32,812 bases of DNA from Octopus bimaculoides (taxonomy: Eukaryota). Position numbers and translations under genes: made by a program. The stretch's first letter is position 1; every line of letters begins with the position of its first letter. Below, piece after piece: positions 1 through 10,732 of this stretch. The notes beneath the pieces were generated by a model. The model had not been told where the DNA came from. It was given only the letters and a program-made list of their open reading frames with translations, and searched no databases. The DNA is taken from contig NC_068992.1 of assembly GCF_001194135.2 (NCBI RefSeq), positions 43,934,049-43,966,860 of the forward strand. The letters run 5' to 3'.

Positions 1-44
1 CCCCCCCTCCCGGTCCCATCCTCAACGTTCTCATCCTTATGTAT

Positions 45-80
45 AAACTAGCAGAGATACCCGGCCTTGCTCGGGATTAA
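45..80 (+). mobile_element. Possible Helitron/HINE-like terminal remnant
   Basis: AAACTAGCAGAGATACCCGGCCTTGCTCGGGA resembles the ACTAG...CCCGG..TTGCCCGGG terminal hairpin of such elements; very short. Confidence 0.3.
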
Positions 81-249
81 AATAGCATAGATTTTTATCA
101 TCATCATCATCATCGTTTAACGCCCGCATTCCATGCTAGCATGGGTTATGTATGTATGTATATATATATATATGCATGTATATATGTATGTGTATATGTA
201 GGTATGTGTATATGTATGTATATATATACGTATATATTTGTGAGTATAT

Positions 250-535
250 GTTTATGGAGACCCCTTTCGCTCATGAATGACCATGGGATTGCACCTAGAA
301 AGTTACTCTCCAAGGCATAAGTCCAGGGAAGGTTGTTTGTGGAAGGCCAGCAGTTGGCCATGCATACCAGCCTCCTCTCCTTACCACACCATTGATGTTA
401 TCCCTGGGAAAGGCAGAGGCCGATACAGCTTGGCACCAGTGATGTCGCAACTTATTTCTACAGCTGAATTAACCGGAGCAATGTGAAAGTGTCTTGCTCA
501 AGAACATAACATGCAGCCCAGTCCAGGAATCGAAC
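250..535 (-). mobile_element. SINE-like repeat with tRNA-derived head (B box GTTCGATTCC) cut by the N gap
   Basis: Minus strand from 535 reads GTTCGATTCCTGGACTGGGCTGCATGTTATGTTCTTGAGCAAGACACTTT. Confidence 0.5.
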
Positions 536-635
536 NNNNNNNNNNNNNNNNNNNNNNNNNNNNNNNNNNNNNNNNNNNNNNNNNNNNNNNNNNNNNNNNN
601 NNNNNNNNNNNNNNNNNNNNNNNNNNNNNNNNNNN
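536..635. other. Assembly gap (100 N)
   Basis: N run flanked by a SINE head and a TA-rich microsatellite. Confidence 0.99.
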
Positions 636-903
636 GTATATATGTGTGTGTATATATATATATGTATATATGTGTGTTTATACATGTGTATATGTGTGTA
701 TATATATTTGTATATATATATATGTATATATACATGGTGTGTATGAAAAGTTTTGCACCTTTAAGTCTTGTCCTTTCATCAGAAGTCTTGTGCCATGTTT
801 TTGTTTTTTTTAAGGCTCAAGACTTTTCATACAACCCTCGTATTTTCTCATTATTTTGTTTGTATAATCTGCTATGGTTCCATTATTTTCCCTTTATTTT
901 CAG

Positions 904-3900
904 GAATTACATGCTCACATTAATGCAGCCGTATCTCAAAAAACCTTACAAGATGTCTCAAAAGGAAGAATGTTACCTGTTGAAGAATATCAAATCAAAA
1001 CTTCCGTGCATGACAGTGAGGAAAACAGAGATTTTCAGAGATTGGAAAAGTAAGTGTTCTAGTTGTATAAATTCTCATTGAAATATAACTTAAATATTGA
1101 TTACTTGATTGCCAGTGCTGCTAGACTGGCTCCTGTGTGGGTGACACGTAAAATACACCATTTTGAGTGTGGCTGTTGCCAGTACCTCCTGACTGGCCTT
1201 CGTGCCGGTGGCACATAAAAGCACCCACTACACTCTTGGAGTGGTTGGCATTAGGAAGGGCATCCAGCTGTAGAAAGTCTGCCAAATCAAATTGAAGCCT
1301 GGTGTAGCCATCTGGTCTACCAGTCCTCAGTCAAATTGTCCAACCCATGCTAGCATGGAAAGCGGACGATGATGATGATCAATCCCAATACCTATTTTTT
1401 AGACTGATACTTATTCTATCAGTTCTTTTTACCAGACTGCTAAGTTATTGTGACATAAATAACACCAGTTGTCAAGCCGTGGGGGAGAGACAAACACACA
1501 CACATGTATATATATATATAGGCACAAGCATGGTTGTGTGGTAAGAAGTTTGCTTCCCAACTACATGGTCTCAAGTTCAAGCCCACTGCTTGGCACCTTG
1601 GTGACTTCTAATACCGCCAGACTGGCCAAAACGTTTTGAGTGGATTTGGTAGACAGAAAATGAAAGAAGCCTGTCATGTGTATGTTATTGTCACCTTGCC
1701 TTGACTTCATGTGATAGTTGTAATTGAATGTCATCATCATGTAAGTAGTGTTCTTTGTTCCCAATCTTGTGTGAAAACATGTCTGGTCATGGGGCATATT
1801 ATTTTAGTGGGAAACAGGTGAGTGGGGTTGGTGACAAGAAGAGCATCTGGCTGTAGAAAATTTTCCTCAACAAATTCTCTCCAACAGAAAGCATGAAAAG
1901 TGGATTTTAGATTGATATATGCACAATGGGCTTCCTCACAATTTCCATTTATTAAATTCACAAGGTATTGGTCAGCCTGTGGCTATAATAGAAAGCACTA
2001 AAGTGGAACTGAATCCTAAACTAAGTGAATGCAATAAAAGCTTCTTAACCTTACAGCTATACCTGTATTATTTTTTTAAGCGAATATGTGTCATCTTTGG
2101 TTATTATGTATTCATCCATGTATCCATCTCACTCAATACATGTATATTTATTTCTGTTTTGTTTTCAGATGCTTTGATATTTTCAAAAAAATCCATGAAG
2201 TCACAGATAATGAGAAAGCAATATATAAGGTTTTTTTTTCCTTGTAAATTTTTTTACATTCATTATTAAATCCTTGATTTTATATATGCTGATGATGGCT
2301 ATGTTGTTCATTATTTCTTAATCACCTATTCTCAGTATTTCCACTGATAAGCTGATTATCTGACTATTTTATATACTCTGATTACACTTAATGATATTTA
2401 TAACTATTCTTGATGATAAATTTGAGATATTTTTTCATCATCAAAAGCAGTGAGCTGACAAAAATTAATGCATTAGACAAAATTGCTTACCTGCATTATT
2501 AAGTTCTGAATTCAAATTCTACCAAGGTCAACTTTGTTTTTCATCCTTTTCAAACTGACTTACCCCTCTGCTAAAGATTGCTGGCTTTGTGCCAAAATTA
2601 AAAAGGATATTTCTTCATCAACATTTCTATTATTTTTCTCATGATCTCGCTAATGTAATCTTTTTTGTATGGGTCAACCATAACACTTTAGTTCTAGGCA
2701 TTTTCTTGGTTTAGATTTTTCAGTATTTTTCTATTGTTGAAACAATATTTCTTACATGAAAGTATTTTATTCCATTTCTTAAATATTCTATTGAATTCCT
2801 ATTTTCAACTATGGCATTTTTCTTACTGTTTCTCTAATTAATAAAATTGCTCGTTGGTGTTACAATGTTGTAACTTCATTTACTTTGATTTTCTATCCTT
2901 TGTCGCTTGTAGGATACCCTATCATTTCTTTTACCAACATCACTCTAGCTTTATTTCTCTATGTAATTTTTATCAATCCTCTTTTATATGTCACATTGCA
3001 GTTGCTGTCTATCAGATAATAGTATATAATGTGTATTATTCTGAGTTAATAGATAATGTTTTATTCTCTACTGATGTTAACTAGGTAACCTATGATGTGA
3101 TCCATGATTTCTGCAAAGACAATGTCAAATATCTTGAACTGAGAACTACACCAAGAGCGGAAATCAGCACTGGTATGACAAGAAGATCATATGTTGATTC
3201 AGTACTTGCTGCCATAAAGGATTGTAAAACAGAAAATATTGATATCGATGTTAGATTGCTATTGTCTATTGACAGGAAGACAAATACTGACATTGCACAA
3301 GAAATTGTCAGTATTGCTAGCGAATTACAACAGAACTCTGATGGAATTGTTCTTGGAATTGATTTTAGTGGTGATCCAAAGGTCAGTTTATTTTTATTGT
3401 GAAACATTCATCTGAAATTAATGATGGGTTTTAAATAAATTACAGATATATTTTTCTACACTAGTTGGCATTGAAAGTATTATTGTAACCAACCAGATAA
3501 TGAAACGAGTTTTTGTATTTCAAGACAAAGTTTAGCATCACCTCACCATACAGAACAAAGAATGGATAACAGGCCGGTGAGGAAGATATTTTTCTAGTAT
3601 ATGAGTGACAGTTGAAAATTGAGTAATGTTGACATGTTCGATACTAAATTGAGAATGAAGAATCATAAACCATCATTATTATGGCTGTCTTTACTGATCA
3701 AAACTCTTAATTTGATTGGATTTTGACTGCATCCAATCAGATGAATTCATCCTTTTACAACTCACAAGGAACAACTTCAAACCTTGCTATCTATATGCAG
3801 GTGAACTGAGGTATGTAGCATCAAGTGCACTGTCTTGAGGCCACTACTTTTCATAGTGGCCTTCTCAGATATGTCCTTATCCACACAGAGAGCCACCCTT

Positions 3901-6900
3901 GCATGCTATGCAGATGACATTAAAGTCTCACAGGTATACAAAACCCTGAAGATGACACGAACCTGCAGCAAGAGTTATATGCAAATACAAGTGGGCTGAT
4001 GGCAATAATATGTTATTCAATGCTGGACACTTCCAAGCCCTTCTCTGTTAGCAGACAAAATATATTATATCTGGAGGGATTGCAGTTCCAGAATCACAAT
4101 TAATGACCTGAATACCACATGAGTAGTGAGGAATCCTTCTTTCTCTTCAGTTCCGTTGCCACCAGGATATGCTATGTCAATTATCAGGCAAGTTTTTGTC
4201 TTTTATTTTCACTACAACAATGTCAGGTTTTCAATATTTAATCTGATGGTCGCATTGAATCATTGCATCCTACAGGATTTTGCAATCCTCATTTAGCCAT
4301 ACCTGTAATTTAAAGAGCCACCTTGTCAAACACTATCACACTGGTTTTAGCTGATGATTACGTTTAGGGTACATGTGCCTGTGTCCTAATTAGCCATTTA
4401 CATGCTAATTCAATGTGAAAGCAGCCTAGTTAATTGAACAACTGGAATACTCATAGATGAAAGCAATAAATTTGTGGAGCAATGGTTAGTGAAAAGGAAT
4501 GTAATATATGTGGCTCAAAAAAGTAACTATTGATTTCTTAAGTGAGACACTTAATCCGATTTTTATGCTACAACTTAATATTGATCATATATATTGCTGT
4601 CCCCTCTAATATATAGTCAAATCAGTTTGGTTTATGTTTCAATTTGATGGACAAGTAGAATTTACTAATTGAGTCATCAACATTCCTTACAATGTTTACA
4701 TTGACAGAAACCGTCAATTAATCAAATTAGTATTTTCAGATATTGTACAACTATTTATTTTGTTTTCAGATTAATGATGCCAGAGACTTTATACCAGTAT
4801 TAAAGGATGCCAAGGCACGTGGCCTAAAGCTAGCTGTTCATATTGCTGAGGTTCATATATTTTTATTTTATATTTATATATCTTTTGTGCAGGTTCCTTA
4901 CTGATTTAAACACCAATATCTCTAAAAGTAAAGTTTTTCATTAAGACTCTTCATTTACCTTTCATGCTTGTATCCATGTTGTAATTAGTAGACTAAATCA
5001 AGTATATTCGTTGAACATCTTAACAAGGAATTTTATTGTAGAGTCACTGTTATCATCATTCAAATATTTTTCCCTGTGTTAAAGTTTGCTGTTAATTTAT
5101 TCCTATATGTCTCAGACCAAAATCATTTGGGAGATCAAGTTATTCTAATAACCATGATATTTTCTTTATTTAAGTATTTCATTTTAAGACTTCTTTAGTC
5201 TATCCTTATTTTTGCATTCTTTCAACTAGTATCAGCCTCACTACTACGTTTACCAACATATTAACAGTACTAACTCATATGATATTGACCACCAGCCTGC
5301 TCTTCTCATGTTTAGACCTAGTCATTTCTATGGACACTGTCTAAGGAATATCATTTTACATTCTGTCTCTTGGGTTTTTATTGTGTTGAGTCAAAAGTTT
5401 TGCAATATTTTGCTAACTTATTTGCTTTATTCATCAAGTTACAACAAAAGCAGCTTAGCATTCATGGCTTGCTTTCTGCATTGACAACACTTCATCAACC
5501 AAGAGAGGATGGAAGATTCAGTGAAGGAGTTCTTTGCCTTGAATGACAAGGACTGGTATCAGCATGGGATCAAAGAGCTAGCGTAAAGGTGGTTTCAGAC
5601 GGTGCAACATGATGGCCTCTACTTTGAATGCTTTTGTTTTAACCTGACGAATAAAGCAAATATGTTACCTAAATATTGCAAAACTTTTGACTTAACACAG
5701 TATTTCAAAGCATCATCAACCAAACTGGATGATTATGACAAGGGAATTGACAAGACAGATGAAGAGAAGTCTCTGCTGGATGTCCACTAAACTTCCCTCC
5801 CCCTACAAAATATTTGAATGATAATAGTTTGAAAACAATTATATTTTCATCTTTTTATTTGCTTTAATAGGATAAGAAGATAACGAAGTTTGAATTGTTA
5901 TATTTGAATTATTTCCATAGGCATTACTGTTTTAAACTTTTGCTGCATACATTTCAAACACAAAAAGCAAACTTGGACTGGGCTCATTTCAAATATTTTA
6001 ATTAAAACGATCTCACTCTAACCAGGTACAAAATGCACCAGAATCTCAACAGCTTCTCCTTGTAGAACCAGATAGGATTGGTCATGGTACTTTCCTTCAC
6101 CCTCATGTTGGGGGTACACAAGAAATGGTGGACTTGGTCAAATCAAAAAATATTCCAATTGGTAAGAGAAAAAACAATTTATCTCAGTTCTTTCATTTTG
6201 AGACAGTTTGGACTATTTAATTCTTTAAAATTAAAATAGTAATTTCGCACATAATTCTTCCTGAATGTAAATAAGTTATTCTGTGCTTTTCTTCAGAATG
6301 TTGCATAACATCTAACCTGAAATCTGGTACTGTTGCAAGTACAGACAAACATCACTTTGGATTCTGGTATCGACAGAATCATCCAGTCATCATTGCGGTA
6401 AGTTAATTAGTTATTTAATAAATTCAAAAATTTTTGTTTTTAATTGCGAACAAAGAACAAGGGTTTAAAGTTTTCTAGATGGAAACAATCAAGAGGTAGG
6501 TAGAGTTGGCATATTGTTAGCAGAGAAATGCATAGAAAAGGTAATTGAGGCAGTCAAAGTGATAGATGAACAACACGATGGTGATTTACATCTCTGTTTA
6601 TACATCATTTCTTCTGTTAAAACTACCCCAAGTAGTGTCTCAACAGAAAGACCAGCCATTGAAGTTGACAGTAGTATAGTAGAAAACACATATATATGAA
6701 AGAAAGTGGAAGGCTGATGGTCTATCAGGAACACCCAGTGACTGACTGGTATAGTAATAGTATAATGAACAATTACTACTACAAAGGCAAAGGAGATGCA
6801 CTAGAGAGCAGTAATTACAGAGGCACTGAATTGTTGGACTAGGTTATATAATTAATGGAAAAAATTATAACAGTAAGTCCCTATATTTAGCATTTGTTGA

Positions 6901-7640
6901 CCTAGAGAAGGCTTTGACAGAGTTTCATTCTCTGTATTTGTGGAGGCTCTTAAAGAAACTAGACATAGTGAGTCATCAGTGTCAGGAAGGGCATCCGGCC
7001 GTAGAAAACCATGTCAAATTAGACTGGATTCTGGTGCAGCCTTCCAGCATGCCAGCCCTGGTCAAATCGTCCAGCCCATGCCAGCATGGACAACAGATAT
7101 TAAATGATGTTGATGAAATGGAAAAAAGGACAAATAATTCATTCTAGTTTTTCTCACTGTACGATCATCTTTGATTTCACACAAGTCTAAAGAAGAACTA
7201 TTGAAAAGCCATAGAATGGTAACCACTGCAAATCAAGCATAAGGTCTGTGTGTGAATCAGGTGTTTATCAAGGTAATGTGCAGGTAGTAGTGGTCTGATA
7301 AAAAATAACAGAAAAAAAAGAAAAAAATCATAAAGGAACCATCACTAAATATTATCACTCCAAAATATGAAAGTATTTGAGGAAATGGAAATTTGTATGT
7401 TTTAACCTTAATTTATGATAGATTTTGAGTAACATTTTCTTGTATTTATTTCAGACTGATGGTGCAGGAATATTCAACACATACCTTTCAAAAGAATATG
7501 GCTTAGTTGCAGAGGCATTTTCTTTGACAAAAGAGAATGTTTGGGAACTTTCTTACAATTCCATTGATTATATTTTTGCCAATGAAGATACTAAAAATAG
7601 GCTTAAATTGAAATGGAAAGAAATCAAAGGTTCAATTTAA
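904..7640 (+). CDS. ADAL: Adenosine deaminase-like protein / N6-methyl-AMP deaminase (5'-partial; 7 coding exons in window)
   Basis: Exons 904-1049, 2169-2229, 3085-3381, 4770-4850, 6026-6161, 6297-6397, 7455-7640. All are AG/GT bounded with matching phases, giving 335 aa plus stop. Motifs: ELHAHIN (Zn HxH), CFDIFKKIH, VKYLELRTTPR, LLSIDR, GIDFSGDP, AVHIAE (HxxE), PDRIGHG, ECCITSN, TDGAGIF. The start-codon exon was not found. Confidence 0.93.
1105..1380 (+). mobile_element. RTE-family 3' end with (GAT)n tail
   Basis: Shares blocks with 6968-7115, 9135-9310 (-), 11345-11700 (-), 27955-28070 and 31495-31700 (-). Ends CCCATGCTAGCATGGAAAGCGGACGATGATGATGAT. Confidence 0.7.
1518..1680 (+). mobile_element. 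tRNA-derived SINE, family A (degenerate copy)
   Basis: Homologous to 8675-8890 and 19361-19610 (GGCACAGGAGTGGCTGTGTGGTAAG...GGTTCAGTCCCAC...GGATTTGGTAGACGGAAACTGAAAGAAGCCC). Confidence 0.7.
3790..4130 (+). mobile_element. Degenerate non-LTR (CR1/L2-like) reverse transcriptase fragment
   Basis: VLRPLLFIVAFSDMSLSTQRATLACYADDIKVSQ, with YADD at 3907-3918. Frameshifted downstream; boundaries approximate. Confidence 0.6.
5381..5700 (+). mobile_element. Mariner/Tc1 internal-deletion derivative (MITE-like) with ~60-bp TIRs and TA target duplication
   Basis: Left TIR 5381-5440 and right TIR 5641-5700 (outer 30 nt match 28/30), TA on both flanks (5379-80, 5701-02). Internal VKEFFALNDKDWYQHGIKELA*RWFQTVQHDGLYFE resembles a mariner transposase C-terminus. 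Confidence 0.85.
6775..7115 (+). mobile_element. Fragmented RTE LINE (RT pieces YKGKGDALESSNYRG and LAFVDLEKA, then 3' tail)
   Basis: Translated RT motif remnants followed by the shared 3' end and ATGATGTTGATG tail. Confidence 0.65.
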
Positions 7641-8674
7641 AAACATTTTCCCCCTCATTTTGAAAGTAGCATAAAATAATTGTGAGGGCACGATGGTGGA
7701 CTACTAACCTTATCGGTCTAAGTTCATATGTTACAATTTATCCACCATTCGAATTGAAACAAATGCTCTCCAGTTTTATTTTACAGTTCAGTGGTTAATG
7801 GTTTTAACAAATAAATCATTTATGCATTCAGAGAAGAATGCATGTAAAAGACAACAAAAAAAAAAAAATGTGAATTGACATTATAGAATAGAGAAAAGCA
7901 TTATAATCAAATAAAGCAAGAATCTTTCACATCTGTATTTCCTAAGCTAAAATATTAGTTGGTGAGAATCATTATCATCATTTAACATGTTTTCCATCAC
8001 ATGTCCAAACCAATATAGTCTACTCTCTTGCATCTGATTCCTTCCATGTCCAACTTTCCTTATACAGACACATGCCTACAAGTATATGGTACATGGAAGA
8101 GAGTAGCCAAAATATATATATCCATACCCACAACTCAGGTGGAGTACATGAGTTGCCAGGGAAGCAATCCATGTATGTTTAAATAGAAATGGTGATGGAA
8201 ATGGGGGAGGGATGGTGGGTGTAAAGGGTTTGCAAAATGGACGCTGTCTTTAGGATCTGCACAAATCTATTAATAGTCTCCTCATTGTTATACGAACTTT
8301 TAAAAATATGCATACCTTTTAGTCAGCATATTTATCATACAAACATTTATGCAATAAATGAGAATGAAGAAGAAAAGCTGCAGAGTCTGTGGTTGCCAAA
8401 GTAACTGTTCAGAAAGAAAAGAAAATGGTGATGAACTGACATGTTAATATTTCTATAGTAAATTTCTTTTTATATTCCATTTTGTAGACAATAGCATCGT
8501 TAGTTACAGATTGCCAATGGCACAATCATAGCATTTACAATAGTAAGAATGACAAAAAAATATCAAAACATTTTTGCTTGAAAGTACTAGTTTATTGGCT
8601 ACTTGGTATACATGAACACACACACACACACACAATAGGTTTCTACACAGTTTTCATTTACTAAATTCTACTAA

Positions 8675-8890
8675 CAGGCATAGGAGTGGCTGTGTGGTAA
8701 GTAGCTTGCTTATGAACCACATGGTTCCGGGTTCAGTCCCACTGCATGGCATCTTGGGCAAGTGTCTTCTACTATAGCCTCGGGCCGACCAAAGCCTTGT
8801 GAGAGGATTTGGGAGACGGAAACTAAAAGAAGCCCATCATATATATATATGAATGTATGTTTGTGTGTCTGCGTTTGTCCCCCCAACATT
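8675..8890 (+). mobile_element. tRNA-derived SINE, family A
   Basis: A-box-like TGGCTGTGTGG and B-box-like GGTTCAGTCCC; high identity to 19361-19525; ends in TA/TG repeats. Confidence 0.8.
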
Positions 8891-9134
8891 GCATGGTGAT
8901 ATAAGTTGGTTCAGTCAGATTAAGATGAATGCTAAAACCACATTGCTTTGTAACATTATAGAAATATAATACTTCAATTAAAGGAGCAAAGTTCAGAGCC
9001 ACAAAAATTATGGCTAAGGCTCACATCTGTTGATTTGAAACTCAAAAGCCAAATGTAAAGAAAGAGTGGTGTTCATGCCTGAACAATTGTAAAACAGATT
9101 TATTACAGTTGAAAATGCCAAAAGTTAAAATTGA

Positions 9135-9310
9135 TGATGATCATCATCATCGTTTAACGTCTGCTTTCCATGCTAGCATGGGTTGGACGATTTGACCGAG
9201 GACTGGTGAACCAGATGGCTACACCAGACTCTGATCTGATTTGGCAGAGTTTCTACAGCTGGATGCCCTTCCTAACGCTAACCACTCCGAAAGTGTAGTG
9301 GGTGCTTAAA
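9135..9310 (-). mobile_element. RTE-family 3' end
   Basis: Reverse complement of the 1105-1380 tail (ATCATCATCGTTTAACGTCTGCTTTCCATGCTAGCATGGGTTGG). Confidence 0.7.
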
Positions 9311-9674
9311 AAATATAATTATAGAAATAGGTTTTCATGATAGCTAAATTTCCAAAGTTTTGTATGAACCATGTCCATCACCTACTTTCAGTTTTTAGTT
9401 GGAATTATGTTGCTAGGGGAAAAAAAAAAAACTGAGAATGTAACAACTTCACATTCTTTTGCAAGAATAAATCATTTACAGCAAATTTTAGTCAATTAAA
9501 TTAAAATGATAAAAGTGCTGAGTAACCTCATGTTAGAAAATTGTACTTTTGAAAATAAACGTTTCTCTTTTAACCTCACCTGAGAGCTGAAGAGTTTTTC
9601 TTTTTTACAAATAAAATATCCATGTTCATACAGATGCATTTTCAGGAATTATGTCAATGCTATTTCAAATCCAT

Positions 9675-10646
9675 TTACTGCAGGTGTAAAGTTAACTGCA
9701 AAGGGCATTCGCTGCTCGTGTTACATTGTCGAAACAGCTGAGCATGCTGCCATGCAACGTCACCTTGTCCACCATGGAGCTGTGCTGATAAACATACAGT
9801 TTTGCTTCCTTTTATATCACTGATATTGTGTAGGGAACCACCTGATTGAAAAATAGTTTATGTTTACAAATCATTCCAATTATTAATGGCACAACAAATT
9901 TTGAACTATATATATATATATATCATATGATTATATGTTAGCAAGCTGTATATCATATTTAAAACATATATAACTGTTGAAAGCCTTCTAACCTGGTATT
10001 TGTTTAGAGAAAGCATCACTTACAGATGTATAAAGCTAAAAAAACACACAAATATATTAGTAGCATATGAAAAACACACAGCAGAGGTGGTAGCATTCCT
10101 AAATCTGGATTTTTGCTTACTAGGGCTTCATCAGTAGCAGGTATCCAATGAATGCCCAGTGAAACTTGTTAATTGTTAAACAGTGATTGAAAGGCTACAG
10201 ATGTCGCATTAAGCCAGTGGGCTCAATAAAAAAATTTTTTATGAGCAACAGAAGCAGTATTAGTTCAAATAAGCGACCTGTATATCATACTTTAAGCATA
10301 TATACTGTTGAACATTTCTTGTCTGCTGTTGAAATATCTGAAATTTTTAGATAGGTGCAGGAGTGGCTGTGTCGTGAGTAGCTTGGGTAAGGGGAAGAGT
10401 ACAGCTATCAGCTGAGTCCATCATCGAGATTGTGCTGCCTTCTTCCCTTAGCGGGGAAAGGAAGGCCTGTTTTTACTGCGTGGTAGCCATTTTAAAAGAA
10501 ACGGTACGGAAGACACGAGCTATCCTCATTCATTCTCGCCAAATTGTCTCTCTTGCACACCACAACTGATGCTTCTTAGGCCCAACTTTTCTCTCAAGGT
10601 ACTTACATTCTGTTGAGAGAGAAGTTGGACCTAAGAAGCATCAGTT

Positions 10647-10732
<86 letters not shown>

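Noticed and set aside
730-830. Possible ADAL start exon (YEKFCTFKSCP...)
   Set aside because: No LPK-like motif and no suitable phase-0 donor; the start exon is probably upstream of the window or in the gap.
146-1081. Several ORFs in the track (146-361, 458-685, 469-735, 494-1081, 511-813)
   Set aside because: They are translations of TA/TG microsatellites and N runs; the real exon (904-1049) is in a different frame from ORF 494-1081.
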